A stretch of 64,000 nucleotides of DNA from Piromyces finnis finn (Eukaryota; Fungi; Neocallimastigomycota), in NCBI GenBank assembly GCA_002104945.1, contig MCFH01000022.1, positions 248,001 to 312,000 of the forward strand, given 5' to 3'. Position 1 is the stretch's first letter; each line of letters opens with the position of its first letter. This document shows, one piece after another, positions 39,118 through 54,281 of the stretch. The translations under genes and the position numbers were made by a program. A model generated the notes under the pieces. It made no database searches, was not told the DNA's origin, and saw only the letters and a list, made by a program, of their open reading frames with translations.

Positions 39118-42100
39118 TCAAAATATATTGTCTTCCGCTTGATCAATTTCATAGTATAATCTTTCCACATAGGTAATAATCTCTATGACTCTTTTTCTAT
39201 TTCTTTGAGTTTCTTCATTATGGGTTCTTTGTATTTCATCTTCTAACTCTTTATTACAACCACTAGACAAACCATCTTCCTGTTATTTTCGTTAAGGCAG
39301 TAAAATATATATAATAATATTTTGAAGAATAGTAGTAACTGATTAGATTATGCTTACTTTATAAAAAAGGAAATATTATTATTTATTTCCTTTTTTTTTT
39401 TTTATCGTTTATTTAATATTTATACGATAACAATATCTATAGTAATTATGAAAATAGTAATAAAATTATATACCTGTTGATCGAATTTTAGTAGATGGAA
39501 ATCATGAGTTGCATTTAATGAATTTAATATAATTTCTTTATCACTTATAAGCTAATATGGAAATAAAACATCAAACAGTATAAAAAAAGGGGAAAATATT
39601 AAAATAAAGTATAGATCAAGTATATTCATTTTTGCTTTTATAGAAACATAATGAATTCTATATTAAAGTCCATATGCTCTATTATTTGACTTAACATTTA
39701 TTATAAAAAAAAAAATTTTTTTTTTTCATAATATTACCTCTCGAAGATCATCATTTTCTATTGAATCCATATCACTTTTATGTATACGGTCATAAGCAGA
39801 CATAATACATTCTGTATATCTTTCAAAATAATTATTTTCTAACTCACGAATACGAGCCATAGTATATATTAGGAATTATTAAAAATAATATTAAAAAAAA
39901 TTATAAAAAAAAAAAAAAATCGTCGTTAAAGTTAACAACTTTTATTTTAATTATTATACGTTGATTTTGTTTTCTTAATTTTTAATAGGAATACTTGTTT
40001 CCTTTTTTTAATATATAAAATAATAATTTATTTATTAAAATATGAAAAGGATATTTTGTTTGTCCACATTCTAACATAGAATTAAATAATTCCTGTAAAT
40101 TTTTTTCGTATTCTCTTAATATTTCCTATATATATATAATATTATTTTAGAAAAAAAGTAGATGTTGATATTAAAATAATGCTATATACATATTTTGAAT
40201 TGATATTTTTAATTAAAAAAGGAAGTAGAAAAAAAGGAGGTATAGGTTTATTAGAGTATTAATTTTTTGACACCTACTTCAAATTGTTCAACTATGGTCA
40301 TTTCTAATGCCATTAATTCATTAGACGTTTCATCTACATCAAATTTCATTGCTTTCACAGCTTCATCAATTTCTTTAACATCTCTCATATTTGATACTGT
40401 TCTTATAAACTGTTTTTTTTTTATGAGAAAAAAAAAAGGAAATATAAATTTTAATATTATAAAATGATAAGTTTCAAATAGTGAAATAATAATTAATTAT
40501 AATTGTTTCATATATTAAATTATTATTTAATTGATATAATACAGCTTTTTTCCTATGTTCTAAATCATTAACAAGTTTTATTCCTTTACTGTCTGTTTCT
40601 GCTTTAGCATCTTCTATAGCTTTTGTTATTAATTCTTTTTCTTCTTGAACCTCTGAATGCTTCTTTAAAATAAAGTCCTTCATTTCAATAATAATAATTT
40701 CAAATTTGGCTCTATAAGTGTTTATATGAAAGGATAAACGCAATTTAAGTTAAAGATATATTTTTTTTTATTTTCATTTGGGGTAATAATAATTATATTA
40801 TTATTATTGATCTATATATTTATTTTAATTTAATTTAATAAAATGTTCATATATTCATTTTATATATATATATATATATATAAAGGATATTCCTCATTTA
40901 GATCTTGTATTTTTTCTGGTGCTAAAATATTTAATTTATGAAAATCTGGATCTTGTTCAAACATATCTTGAAATAACATATCAATATTTTTTATATGTGC
41001 TTCCTGGTATAATTTATAAAAATTATATATTTATCAATTGTATATTATTAATATATATATCTAATAATAATGTAAAAATATTTATTATTATTATTTATGG
41101 TATGATAATAGAAGGTTATTTGACGATTCATTTTATTTATATTATATTTATTTATATATTGTATAATAAATTCCAAAATCTTTTATATTTGTATTCCTTC
41201 ATGTTAAATTTCATTATAAATTTTTTAATAAAGGATTATTATTAACATTGAAATAACTAGTTTATTTATTCAAATTTTTATTCCTCATTATTATTACTGG
41301 TCTGATAGAATATAAGTATTAACTAATAATCAAATTGTATAAAAATTTTTTCTATTTTCCACATTTCCTTACAATAGGAAAATATTTTATTATTTATTTT
41401 TGATTTTAGTGTTCCATATAAAAATACAATTTTTTCTTTTCTTTTTTTTTTTTTTTTTGGATAATAAATGCTATAACACCTTTATTTTAAATGTATCATA
41501 TATATTTTATATTAGACAAAAAATTACTTCAAATAATTGTTCTAATTTTCTCCTTTGTTCTAGTTTTTCTTTTTTACTTTTAGTAATTTTTTCTTCTTCT
41601 TCCAATGCAATTAAATCATCTAAATATATTGCTCTACTTTTTTCAACCTTTATAATATTCATCACGGATTAAAATAAAATATGATTGTTTTTTTTTTTTT
41701 TTGAAGAATAATATAATTAAAATAAAATATTTAAATAAAATACAAGTTGATAAATAAACTAATATTACTATTTTAACATTTAATAGGTCAAATATTTATA
41801 TATTATTATTTACTTCTTCTTGATTAATTAATCGATAATCTAAATATTTGAGATTTTTAAGATTTGCTAGTATGTATGCTTTATAATTTTTATCATTGCA
41901 TATTTTATTTCCAGCAGCATTCAATACTCTTAGATTTTCAAATCTAGTTAGGTATAGAATCTTATTAAATCATATATATATATAATATGTTTAATAATGA
42001 CATTTCCAAAATATTTAGAATTTAAAAATATTTTTTTTTTTAAAATTATTATTTGCCATTGCTTATACAATTTTGTATTATAGATATTTACATTTTCTAA

Positions 42101-42801
42101 ACTACTTAAATTATTGTTCCCTATAGAAAATACTGTCAACTTTGTTAGTTCATCCATATTTTCAATTTTTGATATTCTATTATTGAATAATGATAAATCT
42201 GTAAGGTTTACTAGTTCATTAAGTCCTTCAATCACCGTAATATTATTAAATGAAAGATCTAATGTGAAAAAAATAAAAATAATTTTTTATTATTATTATA
42301 TTTTTAATTTCAATTGTATTATATATAGTTATTAATATATTATCTTTTTATTATTCATACCAAGCCATGTTAAATTTACCAAAAAATTAATATTTTCTAT
42401 CTTTTCTATAATATTATTATCTAATTGTAACTTTGTTAAATTTTTGAGGGACCATAAGTTATTAATTTTTAAAATATCTGTTATATATATATTTATATAA
42501 TATAAAAAAAAGTAAGCATATACACATGTTCTTAATGTTCTCTTTTATTCTCTTCCTATCCTAACTTGAAAATTATAATTATTTAAAAAATTTCCCTTTT
42601 TTTTTTTAAAAGAAAAAATATTAAATCTAATTACTAACTTTTATAATCCAATCGAATGGCTTTTACTTCCTCAGGATCAATTCCTTCCTTTTTAGCAATT
42701 TCAGCAATTTCAGGTGTAATCTGTTCATTAATAGCTGTATTTATCAACTCTTCGCTAATGACCACAGGATCAACGGAAGCATAACTCACAAATGTAATCA
42801 T
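39118..42801 (-). CDS. DRC3: Dynein regulatory complex subunit 3 (LRRC48), multi-exon LRR plus coiled-coil protein
   Basis: Exon 1 reads MITFVSYASVDPVVISEELINTAINEQ...AIRLDYK. The LRR exons include LTKLQLDNNIIEKIEN, LSFNNITVIEGL, LSLFNNRISKIEN, FSIGNNNL and LKYLDYRLI. The last exon reads EETQRNRKRVIEIITYVE...DNIF-stop. Confidence 0.85.
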
Positions 42802-45363
42802 GGATTTTTATTTATATATAAATATATTTTTTTTTCCTTACAAAAAGTAAAATGATTTTTTATCTACGTTATTTATAATGAATTAAAAAATAAATACTAT
42901 ATAAATACTTTAATAAAAACTACAAGTTAAAATGTAAAGTTGTCCATTTATAATCCTAATTTTAATTATTATTATTTTAATTTTTAATTTCAAGTTATCA
43001 TCGGAGTTCTTATAAAACATCATGACAGTAACGTGACATACATAGAACTATGTTTAATGTTAAAAATTATTATTAAACATAAAATTTAAAGTTTTTGTAT
43101 AAAAATAAGGGAATAGAGTTAAAAAATGAAACACAATGATAATGCATATTTCTTATATAAAAGTGCAGTAATTATGGAAAACATTTTGAATTGAATATTG
43201 TTAAAGAATAAATTATTTTAAAATTCAAAAAAATAAAAAAGTTTTTTTCCTAATTTTATTTGGTGTATATCATAAAAGTCTTGTTAATCTTATTAGTAAA
43301 TGATAATTCAAATTATATTCAAATTGTTGTTATTAATTTTTTTTTTTTTTTAATCATTATTAAATTGACATTTTTGATATATTTCATATCATTGGAATTT
43401 TCTATTCTTTTGAATTCAACAATTTTTTTTTTTTTTTTGAATAAGGTTACCTTCCCTGTTTCTCTTTTATTCATTATTACTTAATATAGAAAATATAAAA
43501 AAATAAAGTAGAAATCTGTTTCAGTTATTCAATAAAGATGATGTTTTACTTTATTTTAGTAGGGGAATTGTTCCAAACTATACCAATGTTTCAAATATTT
43601 GGTTTGGTTTGTTTTTTTTTATTTTTCTTTCTATTTTTTGTGGTTAGGGAATTATTTTGTTATAAGAGAATTATTATGGTAAAATTGCCGGCGGTAATTC
43701 TATATTATAATATTCTTTAATATTCCAATTGTTAGTTTATTATAGCACCATCCATTACTTTTTTTTTAATATTTACAGTTTTAAATTCTTTGTTTTCATT
43801 TCTGTGATTTTCTTAATATTTTGAATAGAAGGATAATAAGATAAATTAATAATAAATTAATTAATTTATAAATTTTTTTTGAGTAACGTATAATCTTTAT
43901 ATATTTATAATTTAATATATGTATATCAATATATTATTAAATAATAATAATAAAATTAATAGAATAAAAACTTTAATCCTATTAAAATAGAATAATAAAA
44001 AATAATTGATTATTAAATATAGATTAAAAGTTTTTTTTACATTTAAATAAAATTAATATATATGAATCAAATTCTGATATATAAACACTATTGATTGTTG
44101 TATAAATTTAATTTATTATTTCATGTGGAATAAGCGGAATAATAACTTATTATATTTTCTATTATATTTTATAATACTATTGTCATATATTAATTTAAAT
44201 TAAAAAATATTTAATTTAAATTAATACTATTATAATAATTGCCAAAATTTTTTATTATTAAATAAAGTTCTTAATAAAAATAAAAAAATTTTACCTATAA
44301 ATTTTGGTAATAACTTTATTTAATAATAATTTATATTATACAATACACAATATATAAACAATAAAGTATAATATATAGTACTAATATATATTGACATTTC
44401 ATAAAATGTAGGACAAAAATTACTAAATTTTTTTATTCTAAAGCATAAATATCACCAACTATAATTAAATAAATGAATAAATAATTAGAATCTAATTAAA
44501 TTTCATAAAAAAATCATAAATAATAAATGGATATATAATTAATTAATAAATAAATAATAATTTGGTAGTTTTTTTTTTTTATTTTGGCTACGATGATTTT
44601 ATATTTTATTAAATAAAATTTTTGTAGAATATCACAAAAAAAATTTTTTTTTTTATATATATAAAGTAATTTAATCTTTTTTTTATTTCTTAATCATTTT
44701 CTTTTTATAAATAAATCTAATCTCTTTTAATTTAATTTTATTATTAATATTTTTTTCAATTCAGAAAAAAAAAAAAAAAAATACATTATTTATAATAAAT
44801 AATGATTTATTATTAATAAGGATAACATTTAATAAAAAGTTCATATATTTAATTTAAGTTTATACATAGCAACAATCCCAATACTTAATATTAAATATAT
44901 CAACTTTAATTATAACAAGAATACAAAATACATTCAAAAAATAAAAAACAACAACCTAGTAATAACAACACTTTAAAAATTTATTAAAATAATATAAAAT
45001 ATAGTAAAACAATAAATCAAAATAATCAATTAATTTAATATAACAAAAAAATTAACAAACTAAATAATTTAATCAAACTAAAAAATAAATAAATTAATAA
45101 AAACCAAAATTAAAATAATACTAAATAAATAATTCGATTAAAAAACAAATATAATAGATAATAAATAAAATAATTTATAAACTAATTCAAGATAAACTTA
45201 TTATTTAAGCAAAATATTTATTATTATTATTAATTTTTAACCTGAAGATTATTGATTGATAGTAATAATAAAAAATTAATTATAAAATTTAAAAATATAT
45301 ACATTAATTTAAAATAATAAAAATATATATCCTAGATTTTAAATATTATACATAAATATAAAA

Positions 45364-47883
45364 ATGCTAACAAGTGAAAGTAAAACAATAAATGAGCAAA
45401 GCTCAGTTAAAGATGACCAATACAATAAAAACAATAACTATGCTAAATCAATAAATGAAAAATCAGCATTTGCTGAATCAATATTTGCAAACTCAATATT
45501 TTCGGAAGACAATAACGATATAAATGAAACTATAAATGCTATGTTTTTAAATGAAAAATATATAAAAGAAATACCTGAAGAAGAAGAAATAATAGAAGAA
45601 CAAGGAGAAAATGAAATTCAAAATAATCAAATTATTAGTGAAAGTATTTTAAGAGAGAAATCTATAAAATCAATTCACGAAGAATCTATCATAGAAAAGT
45701 CAGAAATAAAAAAATCCTCTTCTCAAAGCTCTAAAATTATCGAAACACAACACTCATTTATTGACCAAGCTGCAATAGAAAGGCAACAATCATTTTTTGA
45801 AGGCGAAATTGATAAAAGACCATCTTTTATAAATAATTCAATAATTGAAGAAGAAGATCCAAAATTTATAAATGAAGATATAATTGATGAAAATGATAAA
45901 CATTATATGGAAAGATCTATTATTATTGAGGAACCTATTAGACAAAGTACAATTATTGATCCAACAATTACTTCATTTGAAAAATCAAAAATAAATAAAA
46001 GTAAGATAGAAAATACAAGTATGAATAAAAATGAAAATTCTAAAATATTAGAAACTAATGATACTCAACTTGAAAGAAATAATAGTGAGAGTAATAAATC
46101 TGTAATAAGTGAATCAAATGTATCAACTGTTAGTAAGAGTAATAAAACATTATCTTCTGTTGATTATAGTTTAACATCAGATGCTGATCGTTCTACCACC
46201 AGTGTTAAAAGAAAGATATTAAGTATGCTTTTTATACCCAATACTCGTTCAAATCACCTTTTTAGTAGTGGTAGTAGTATTCGTTCAAGTAGATTTTTTA
46301 TACCATCATCAAAACCAGTTGAAAAAAAGAAGAAGACGGTATTCACTGATTTACCAGATAATGCTATACAATTAATTTTCAAATATATTGGTGAAACTTA
46401 TTCAATTGAATTTAAGCATACCTGTCAAAAGACTTATCGTGTTGGTAACCATCCAGATACCATTGCGAAATGGCTTTATTACTACTATGATCCAAAAGTT
46501 TTAACAATTCCAGAATCAGATCAACAAATTGCATTTAAAAACCGTCTTATTGTTACCAATGATGTTATTGCTTCAATAGTAAATAATATTGATGAAAATG
46601 TAGTAGAAGATTTTGATGATAATTTAAAAAATTCATTAACAGCTTATTCCTTAAAAAAGGATGATTTACATTTATTACAATCACTATTTAAGCCATTCTG
46701 TTTCAATGTAGAAGTTGGTTTAGTTAGTATTGCATGTCAAAACCAAAATCGTACATCTCAAGAATTTATTACTTATTTATTTGAGAAGGATTTTATACTA
46801 CCAAAATCAACTTTTTACGAAGCATGTTTACGCTACAACACTTACGTTATTAATTGTTATCTTAATTATAACGATATTTCTCACAAGGAAATCGATGATT
46901 ATTTCAAGAGTATTGAAAAGAGACCATTCCATCCAATGATTGCTGCAGCTCGTTCTGGTGATATGTCTTTGATTAAAAACTTGATTGAAGACATTGGCTG
47001 TAGTGTTTCTTTATTTGGTTATTATGCCTTTATTAAAGCTATATCCCATAATAAACTTAATGTTGCCAAATATATTTTTAATTTGTATCCACAACTCGAC
47101 TTAAATGATAATGAAATGATGAATATTGTTTCTAAGGCTGCAGAAAGAGGACGTTTAGAAACTATTCGCTTAATCAAATATGTTTATGATAAACGCTATG
47201 GTAAATCTAAAACAGTCAATGTATTTAGAAAACCTGGTATTTTAGCAAATGCCATCACTGCATCTGCATTAGCGGGTCAATTGGAATGTTGTGTATGGCT
47301 AATGGAAAGAGAAAAGAAGTATATTAATGCAGAGTATGTTAATAGAATTCTAGAATGTTTTAACAACCACTTAAAGGGTAAATCACATTTACCTTTACTT
47401 CATCGTGCTCGGTTCCTTCAATATCTTAGTCGTTTTCCAGTCGATTTTAAGGGTAAAACGGGTTATGATCTTTTAAAAATTTCAATTGGTAATGATGATG
47501 TTGATTCCATCACTGTTCTAATCGACAATGGTGTTAATTTTAGAGCCGATAATGAACAGCCCTTACAATTGGCCTGTGGATTAGGAAAATTAAAGGCAAT
47601 AAAAATATTATTAGATAAAGGTGCCCAGCCAAATAAATATGTTATTAGAACCTTGAAAAAAGGAGTAATCATCAATGGTAATATTATTCGTTTAGATCGT
47701 GAAAAGAAGAATGAAGTTACTAAATTATTAAGCAACGTCCAGGTAAATATTAATTTTCTTTAACCGCTAGATTTATTGTCATAAAAATTCCATTGAATTT
47801 ATTTTATTTATTCTTTTTATTCTATAATTAATATTTGTTATTTTTAGACTTCAAAAAGATTTTCCCTTTCATTCCAGAAATAA
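45364..47883 (+). CDS. Ankyrin-repeat protein with acidic/Ser-rich N-terminus and F-box-like motif, 2 exons
   Basis: F-box-like segment FTDLPDNAIQLIFKYIG; ankyrin-like segments AAARSGDMSLIKNLI, KAAERGRLETIRLI and PLQLACGLGKLKAIKILLDKGA. A phase-0 intron 47743-47847 leads to a short last exon with the stop at 47881-47883. Confidence 0.8.
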
Positions 47884-49173
47884 AAAGTAGAATACAAATG
47901 GAACGCTTAAAAACTAATAATAAACAAATAAATTGTCATTCATACATAGAAAAAGTTCATATAACTAACAAAAAATGTCATCCAAAATAAAATTAAATAT
48001 ACATTTTTTATTTTTTATATAGCATAAAAAACACAAAAAAAAATTACTAATTCGCTAAAGACAAAACAAAATAATAATAATTAAAAGAACAAGATTTTTA
48101 TGTACAATATACAAAATCAATTCGATATCAATATCAATATAGAACAAAACAAAACAAAAACAAAAACAAAAAAAAAAAAGCGACAAATACAAATACAATA
48201 CAAATATATTTATAAAAAAAAAAAAAAAAAAAAACTAATCATTTATATATATACTTTATAATAATCGATATAAAGTTATATGTAATTCATTAAAGATTAG
48301 ACAAAAAAAAGAAAAATTATAGAACATTAGTGATTAATATATTTTTTTTTTAAAAAAAAAAATTTTTGTAAATAAAATTATTTATTTTTTTTTTCATTTA
48401 AAAAAATTTATAATAAAAATAAAAAAAGATAAAAAAAAAAGCATAGTCACAATATCCTATAATTATTTTTTTTTTAAATTAAAAAAACATAAACACTATT
48501 ATTAATATAAATATACCAGTTTATAAATACTATCAATACAATCAGTATAAATAATAATATCAAAATATATTAATAATAATATCAATAGAATATTTAAAAA
48601 GAGAAAAACCAAAAAATAAAAATTATATATATATAAAGTAGATATAACAATAAGAAAAAAGTAATGATATAATTTTGATAATTTTTTTTTTTTTTTTCGA
48701 AATAGTCTTTTTTTGATAAAAAGATTTCAAAAAGAAAGAAAGAAATTTAATATTAATACTTTTTTAAAATTCTTATAGAATATGACTTTTTATATATATT
48801 ATTATTATTAAATAATATTTTCTCTTTTTATAAAAAAAGAAATAAATATAACAACAATTTAATATAAACAACAATGATGATTATATTGTTATTTTTTTTA
48901 TTTAAAAAGTAGTCGTAATAAAAAGAAAATATTTTTTTTCTTTTCTTTTTGAGAAGTATATAATATTATTTGTATTTATAAAGAAAAAAAAAATTTTTTT
49001 TTTTTTTACCAAAGCTTTTTACTAAAAATTTTAACAATAATCATTAATATAAGCAATAAATCAAAATATAATATAATATAATAACAATAATAATAAATAC
49101 AAAATAATAATAATAATATCAAATTATCTTTAATAATAATAAAATAATAAATACAATAAAAAGAATCATTAAA

Positions 49174-49210
<37 letters not shown>

Positions 49211-49469
49211 GATAAAAATATTAATAATAAAATTTATAAAAAAAAAATACTTTTAAAAAAAAAATAGTTAAAGCTTTTGAAATTAAAAGTTTTTTTCTTA
49301 ATTTTTATTATCTTGTTTAGTTTTAATAATTTTAAAAAGTTGGATTAATTTTTAAGGAAAAGATTGATTTTAAAATTGTACTTTCAATGTCTATTATTGA
49401 AATTTTCATTTTATAAATAAAAAAAAAAAAAAATATCTATATAAATTAGTTTTTTTTTTTTTTTTCTAT

Positions 49470-49780
49470 TATTATTTTTGGTGAATAGTTTTCATACTTT
49501 TAAAGTTATTTATAGAAACAAATAAAATATAGTATTATATTTTTTTTAAAAAAAAAAAAAGAAAAGAAAGAAAAAGAGACAAATGATTTATCATTAAAAA
49601 ACCTAAGAGTTATTAGTAGGTTAGTTACACAAAGAAGCAACCCTTGTTCAAGGAAATACTATTCCATTAGCTTTATCAAGAAAAAATATTTTAGCTCAAG
49701 CTAGAACTGGTTCAGGAAAAACTTCAGCTTATTGTTTATCAGTTATACAAAAAATCATTTTAAGTAAAGAGGTAATATAC
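49470..49780 (+). pseudogene. Partial tandem duplicate of DBP9 upstream region and exon 1
   Basis: 49583-49771 closely copies DBP9 exon 1 (GAAGCAACCCTTGTTCAAG...GCTAGAACTGGTTCAGGAAAAACTTCAGCTTATTG...AAAGAG-GTAATATACC) but has an eroded 5' end and no downstream exons. The upstream AATAGTTTTCATACTT...TTATTTATAGAAACAAATAAAATAT block is also duplicated near 50723-50770. Confidence 0.9.
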
Positions 49781-50810
49781 CATATATATATAAATAGTAT
49801 TTTGTTTAAATATATATTACAATTCCTATTAAACGGACGTTAATGCACTTAAATTGTTTTTAAGAAACCTTGCTGTGATATTTTAAGAATAAAAAACCAT
49901 AAGCGAGAAATACAATTTTAAAGATTTAGAGAATGAAGAACTAGAATCAAAAATAAACCAATATTATTACAGATAAAAATTAAAAAAAAAAAAAAGTTAA
50001 AAATAATTATTATATCGAAATACTAATTAACTAATTAAAAAAAAAAAAACTGATAAAAATATAAATAATAAAAAATTTTTTTTAAAAAAAATTAAAGTAT
50101 GAAAATAAAAAAAACGTTAGTTGTAATTTTTATATATTTTCTATCATTTCGGTAGGTTATCTCTTTTTTAATACTTAAAATTTTCATAAATGGAGGGATT
50201 AATTTTAAGGAAAAGCATGGAATATTAATTTCAATATTAATATATTATTGAAATTGTAATTTTAATATGCTACAAGTATAATTATCATTGTTATACTTTT
50301 ACATTACTTTTAAAAAGAAAATAACTATTTTGATAATTATTTCCATGTAATATTTATCCTTTTTTTAAAAAATATATATATATATATATATATTAAAAAG
50401 GTAACTTTTTAAAATTTTAATTATTTTTTCAAAAAAAAAAAAAAAAAAAAAAAAAACATTTTTAATAGTAATATATTAGTAATTGAATAGTTGATTTATT
50501 TATATAAATATGATTGGTAGAAAAGTGAAAATAATTGAAATAAATAATTATTAAAGTTTTCAATTTTTTTATTAATAAAAAAAAAATTATATATATATAT
50601 AATATAAATTGTTATTAATATTAGAGAAAAGAAAAAAAAAAAAAAATTATAATAGAGCATATTAAAAATTGTTTTTTTTTTTTATTCTTATTTAATATCA
50701 TTTTTATCATTATTTTTTTTGTAAATAGTTTTCATACTTTTTAAGTTATTTATAGAAACAAATAAAATATATATTATCGTAATAATAGAATAACATTTAA
50801 AAAAAGAAAA

Positions 50811-53576
50811 ATGACCAACTTCAGTGATTTATCATTAGATTCAAGACTTTTAAGAGCTATCAGTAAGCTTGGTTACAAGGAAGCAACCCTTGTTCAAGAA
50901 AATACTATTCCATTAGCTTTATCAGGAAAAGATATTTTAGCTCAAGCTAGAACTGGTTCAGGAAAAACTTCAGCTTATTGTTTACCAGTTATACAAAAAA
51001 TCATTTTAAGTAAAGAGGTAATATACCCTACCACATATACTATATATATAATAATATATATATATTTTCGAATTATCAATCATAAATATAAATATAAATA
51101 TAAAAATGAATAATATAATATTATTTTATTAAAAATTGGTGAAACTATATTATTGTGTTTTAGTATTTTATTCAACTATTTGAAATTTGTAATTTGAATT
51201 TTAAAATTATTTAAATTTTAAAATTAATAAAATCTAATTTCATTACTATTTTAAATATTTATATTTAAATTAATAAAAATAGTTATTACCAAGTAATTCA
51301 AAAGAACGTAACAATGTTAGAGCTATTATTTTAGTTCCAACCAGAGAATTAGCTGATCAAGTACACAAGCATATTAAGGAATTAACTATTTATTTACCAG
51401 ATATTACTTCCATTAACATTTCTTCTGGTGAACAAAGTCAAATAAAGTAATTCTATATATTATTATTAATAACAAAAATTAAAATAGAACCAATCGAGGA
51501 CTAATAAAATTAAATTTAATTTTTGAAATTATACCATTTATCCTTTTTTCAAATTTAATTAACAAATAAAAAATAAAAGCTCTTTATTATCAGAAAAGCC
51601 AGATATCATTGTTGTTACTCCAAGTCGTATGCTTAAACAATTTGAATTAAAAGTAAATGTCTAAATAGTTATATATATTTTATTTTAATCCAATTATTAC
51701 ATTATGGATTAGCTTTTTCTCAAACATGACAATATGTTATTTGTTTTAAATTGAAATAATTTTAATTTTATAAAATGATATTAAAAATAAAACTTATTTT
51801 TATTATACGTAATACTATATATAGAATGTCGAATTAAATGAGGCATTTGAATCATTTGTTATCGATGAAGCCGATTTAATTGTTTCTTTTGGTTATGATG
51901 AAGATTTAAGAAAAATATTAAACTATTTACCAAATCTCTATCAAAGTTATTTACTTAGTGCTACTGTTGACGCCGTAAATATTTTCGTCATTTATATTAT
52001 ACTAAATTATATTTATACAACGTTATCATATTTTACTATAATATTAAATATTTATAAATTATATAAATATATATTATTATTATTATAAAAGGATGTTAAT
52101 GCTCTTAAACAAATTGTTTTAAGAAATCCAGCTGTATTAACTTTAAAGGATGAAGAACCAGAATCAAAATTAACTCAATATTATTATAGGTAAAAATCTA
52201 GAAATAATTATTATCCTATTTAAATTCATTATCGATATTAATAATAAAATATCGGTTTCATTTCAATAATAACAATAATATACCTATCCTAACAAATCTT
52301 TTTTATTTGATATTATCAATTATAACAAAATTAAAATAATAATAATAAAATAAAAAAAGATGTACCGATAAGGAAAAATTCTTACATGTTTACTTCTTAT
52401 TCAAACTTAAAGTTGAACCATTTGGATCACATAAAACATTAATTTTTGTCAATGATATTGATAGATGTTATCGTTTAAAACTTTTCTTGGAACAATTTGG
52501 TATTAGAAGTTGTGTTTTAAATAGTGAATTACCAGTTCAAAGTCGTATTCATGCAGTCGAAGAATTTAACCGTGGTATGTACAATTATTTAATTGCTACT
52601 GATGAAGCCGGTGATATTAAGGGTAAATCTAAAACTCAAAATCCAAAGAAAAATGAAAAGAAAAAGTCTGGTAAAAAGAAGAGTGATAATGAATATGGTG
52701 TTTCCAGAGGTATTGATTTCCAAAATGTTAAGGCTGTCATTAATTTTGATTTCCCAGAAAGTCAAACTTCTTACATGCATAGAGTTGGTCGTACTGCTAG
52801 AGGTGTAGGTAATGAAGGTTTCTCTTTAAGTTTTATAAATACTGATAATAAAGTTAATGATCAAGAAGAAAAGGTTTTCAAAGAAGTCGAGGAACATTTT
52901 GAATGTAAGTCAATTATACGAATTTTTTTTTTTCTTTACCTTTTTTTTTTTCTAATCTATAAATCAATATTAATTTTATTTATCCATGTTTTTATATTTT
53001 CTCCAAAAAAAATAATAATTGTTATTGTATATATAAAAAAAATAATGGAATATTAGCTGTCAACCAACAATTATTACCATTTGAAATTGATAAAAATGCT
53101 ATTGAAGGTTTTAGATATCGTGTCGAAGATGGTATTCGTGCTGTTACCCGTGTTGCTGTTCGTGAAGCTAGAATCAAGGAATTAAAATCTGAAATTATTA
53201 CTTCCGAAAAATTAAAGGCTCACTTTGAAGATAATCCAAAAGATTTACAAGCTCTTCGTCATGATAAAGCACTTCATACTGCTAGAGTTCAAGCTCATAT
53301 GAAGCATGTTCCAGATTATTTATTACCAGATTCTGTTGATGGAGAAAAAATTAAAAGTCAAGCTGGTCCACAAAAGGTTTATTTCAAAAAACAAAGATAT
53401 AACCCACATAGAAGAAATCAAGTATGTATCAATTAAAAAAATAATACTATTTATATCATTAAAAAAAAAAAAATTCTTTTATTAATATTTTTTAATTTAT
53501 TTATTTCTATATTATATTAATGAAATATTAGAAAAAGAAGTCAAACCCATTAACTTCCTTCAGTTACATGCAATAA
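50811..53576 (+). CDS. DBP9: ATP-dependent DEAD-box RNA helicase Dbp9/DDX56, about 8 exons
   Basis: Motifs [31 protein letters not shown] and HRVGRTARG, plus the Dbp9-type C-terminus [25 protein letters not shown] and HVPDYLLP. The last exon is 53532-53576. Confidence 0.95.
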
Positions 53577-54248
53577 ATTAATTTATATTTAATATCCTCA
53601 TTCCATTTTTTTATTATTATTATTATTTTATCAAATTATTAAAAAGGAAATCTTTTAATTTTTTTTTTTTTTTAATTTTATTTCTATAGTAGAGTAATTA
53701 TAAATTTTATTTATTCTTTTTTAGTATTAAAAAAAAGTATTCATTATATCAGTATAATATTATAATATCAAAGTAATTTTATACAAAAATAATCTCTCTA
53801 ATTTAATTTATTTTATGAATTATATCTAATTTTTATTTTTTAATTTATCTCTAACACATATAAAAATGATTATGGTATAATAAACAGAAAAAAAAAAAAA
53901 CTAGTTGTAAATAGTTTTAATCCTATTATAAATTATAATTTTAAAACATTTTCTTTTTTTCCTTTTTCTTTTTCATTTAGTTTTTTTTTTTTTTTTTTAA
54001 GATGCTAATAATGAGTAGTATTACTAAAATAATTCTTTGAAGCACTTTTTTTGTTAGGTTTAATAGGACACCTTCCCATTGGAAGTCAAATACAATTATT
54101 ATACTTTATAATAATGGCTTTCTTTAATTAAAATGGCTAGAAAATACATTATATCCAATTTTTATTCATTTGTATTTATTTAAACCTATTTTTTATTTTT
54201 AATTTTTATTTTTTATAATTTTAATAAAGTTTAAAAAATATTTGATGC

Positions 54249-54281
<33 letters not shown>

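Noticed and set aside
42900-43100. RFX X-box-like sites upstream of the flagellar gene DRC3
   Set aside because: No convincing GTTNCC-AT-GGNAAC match was found.
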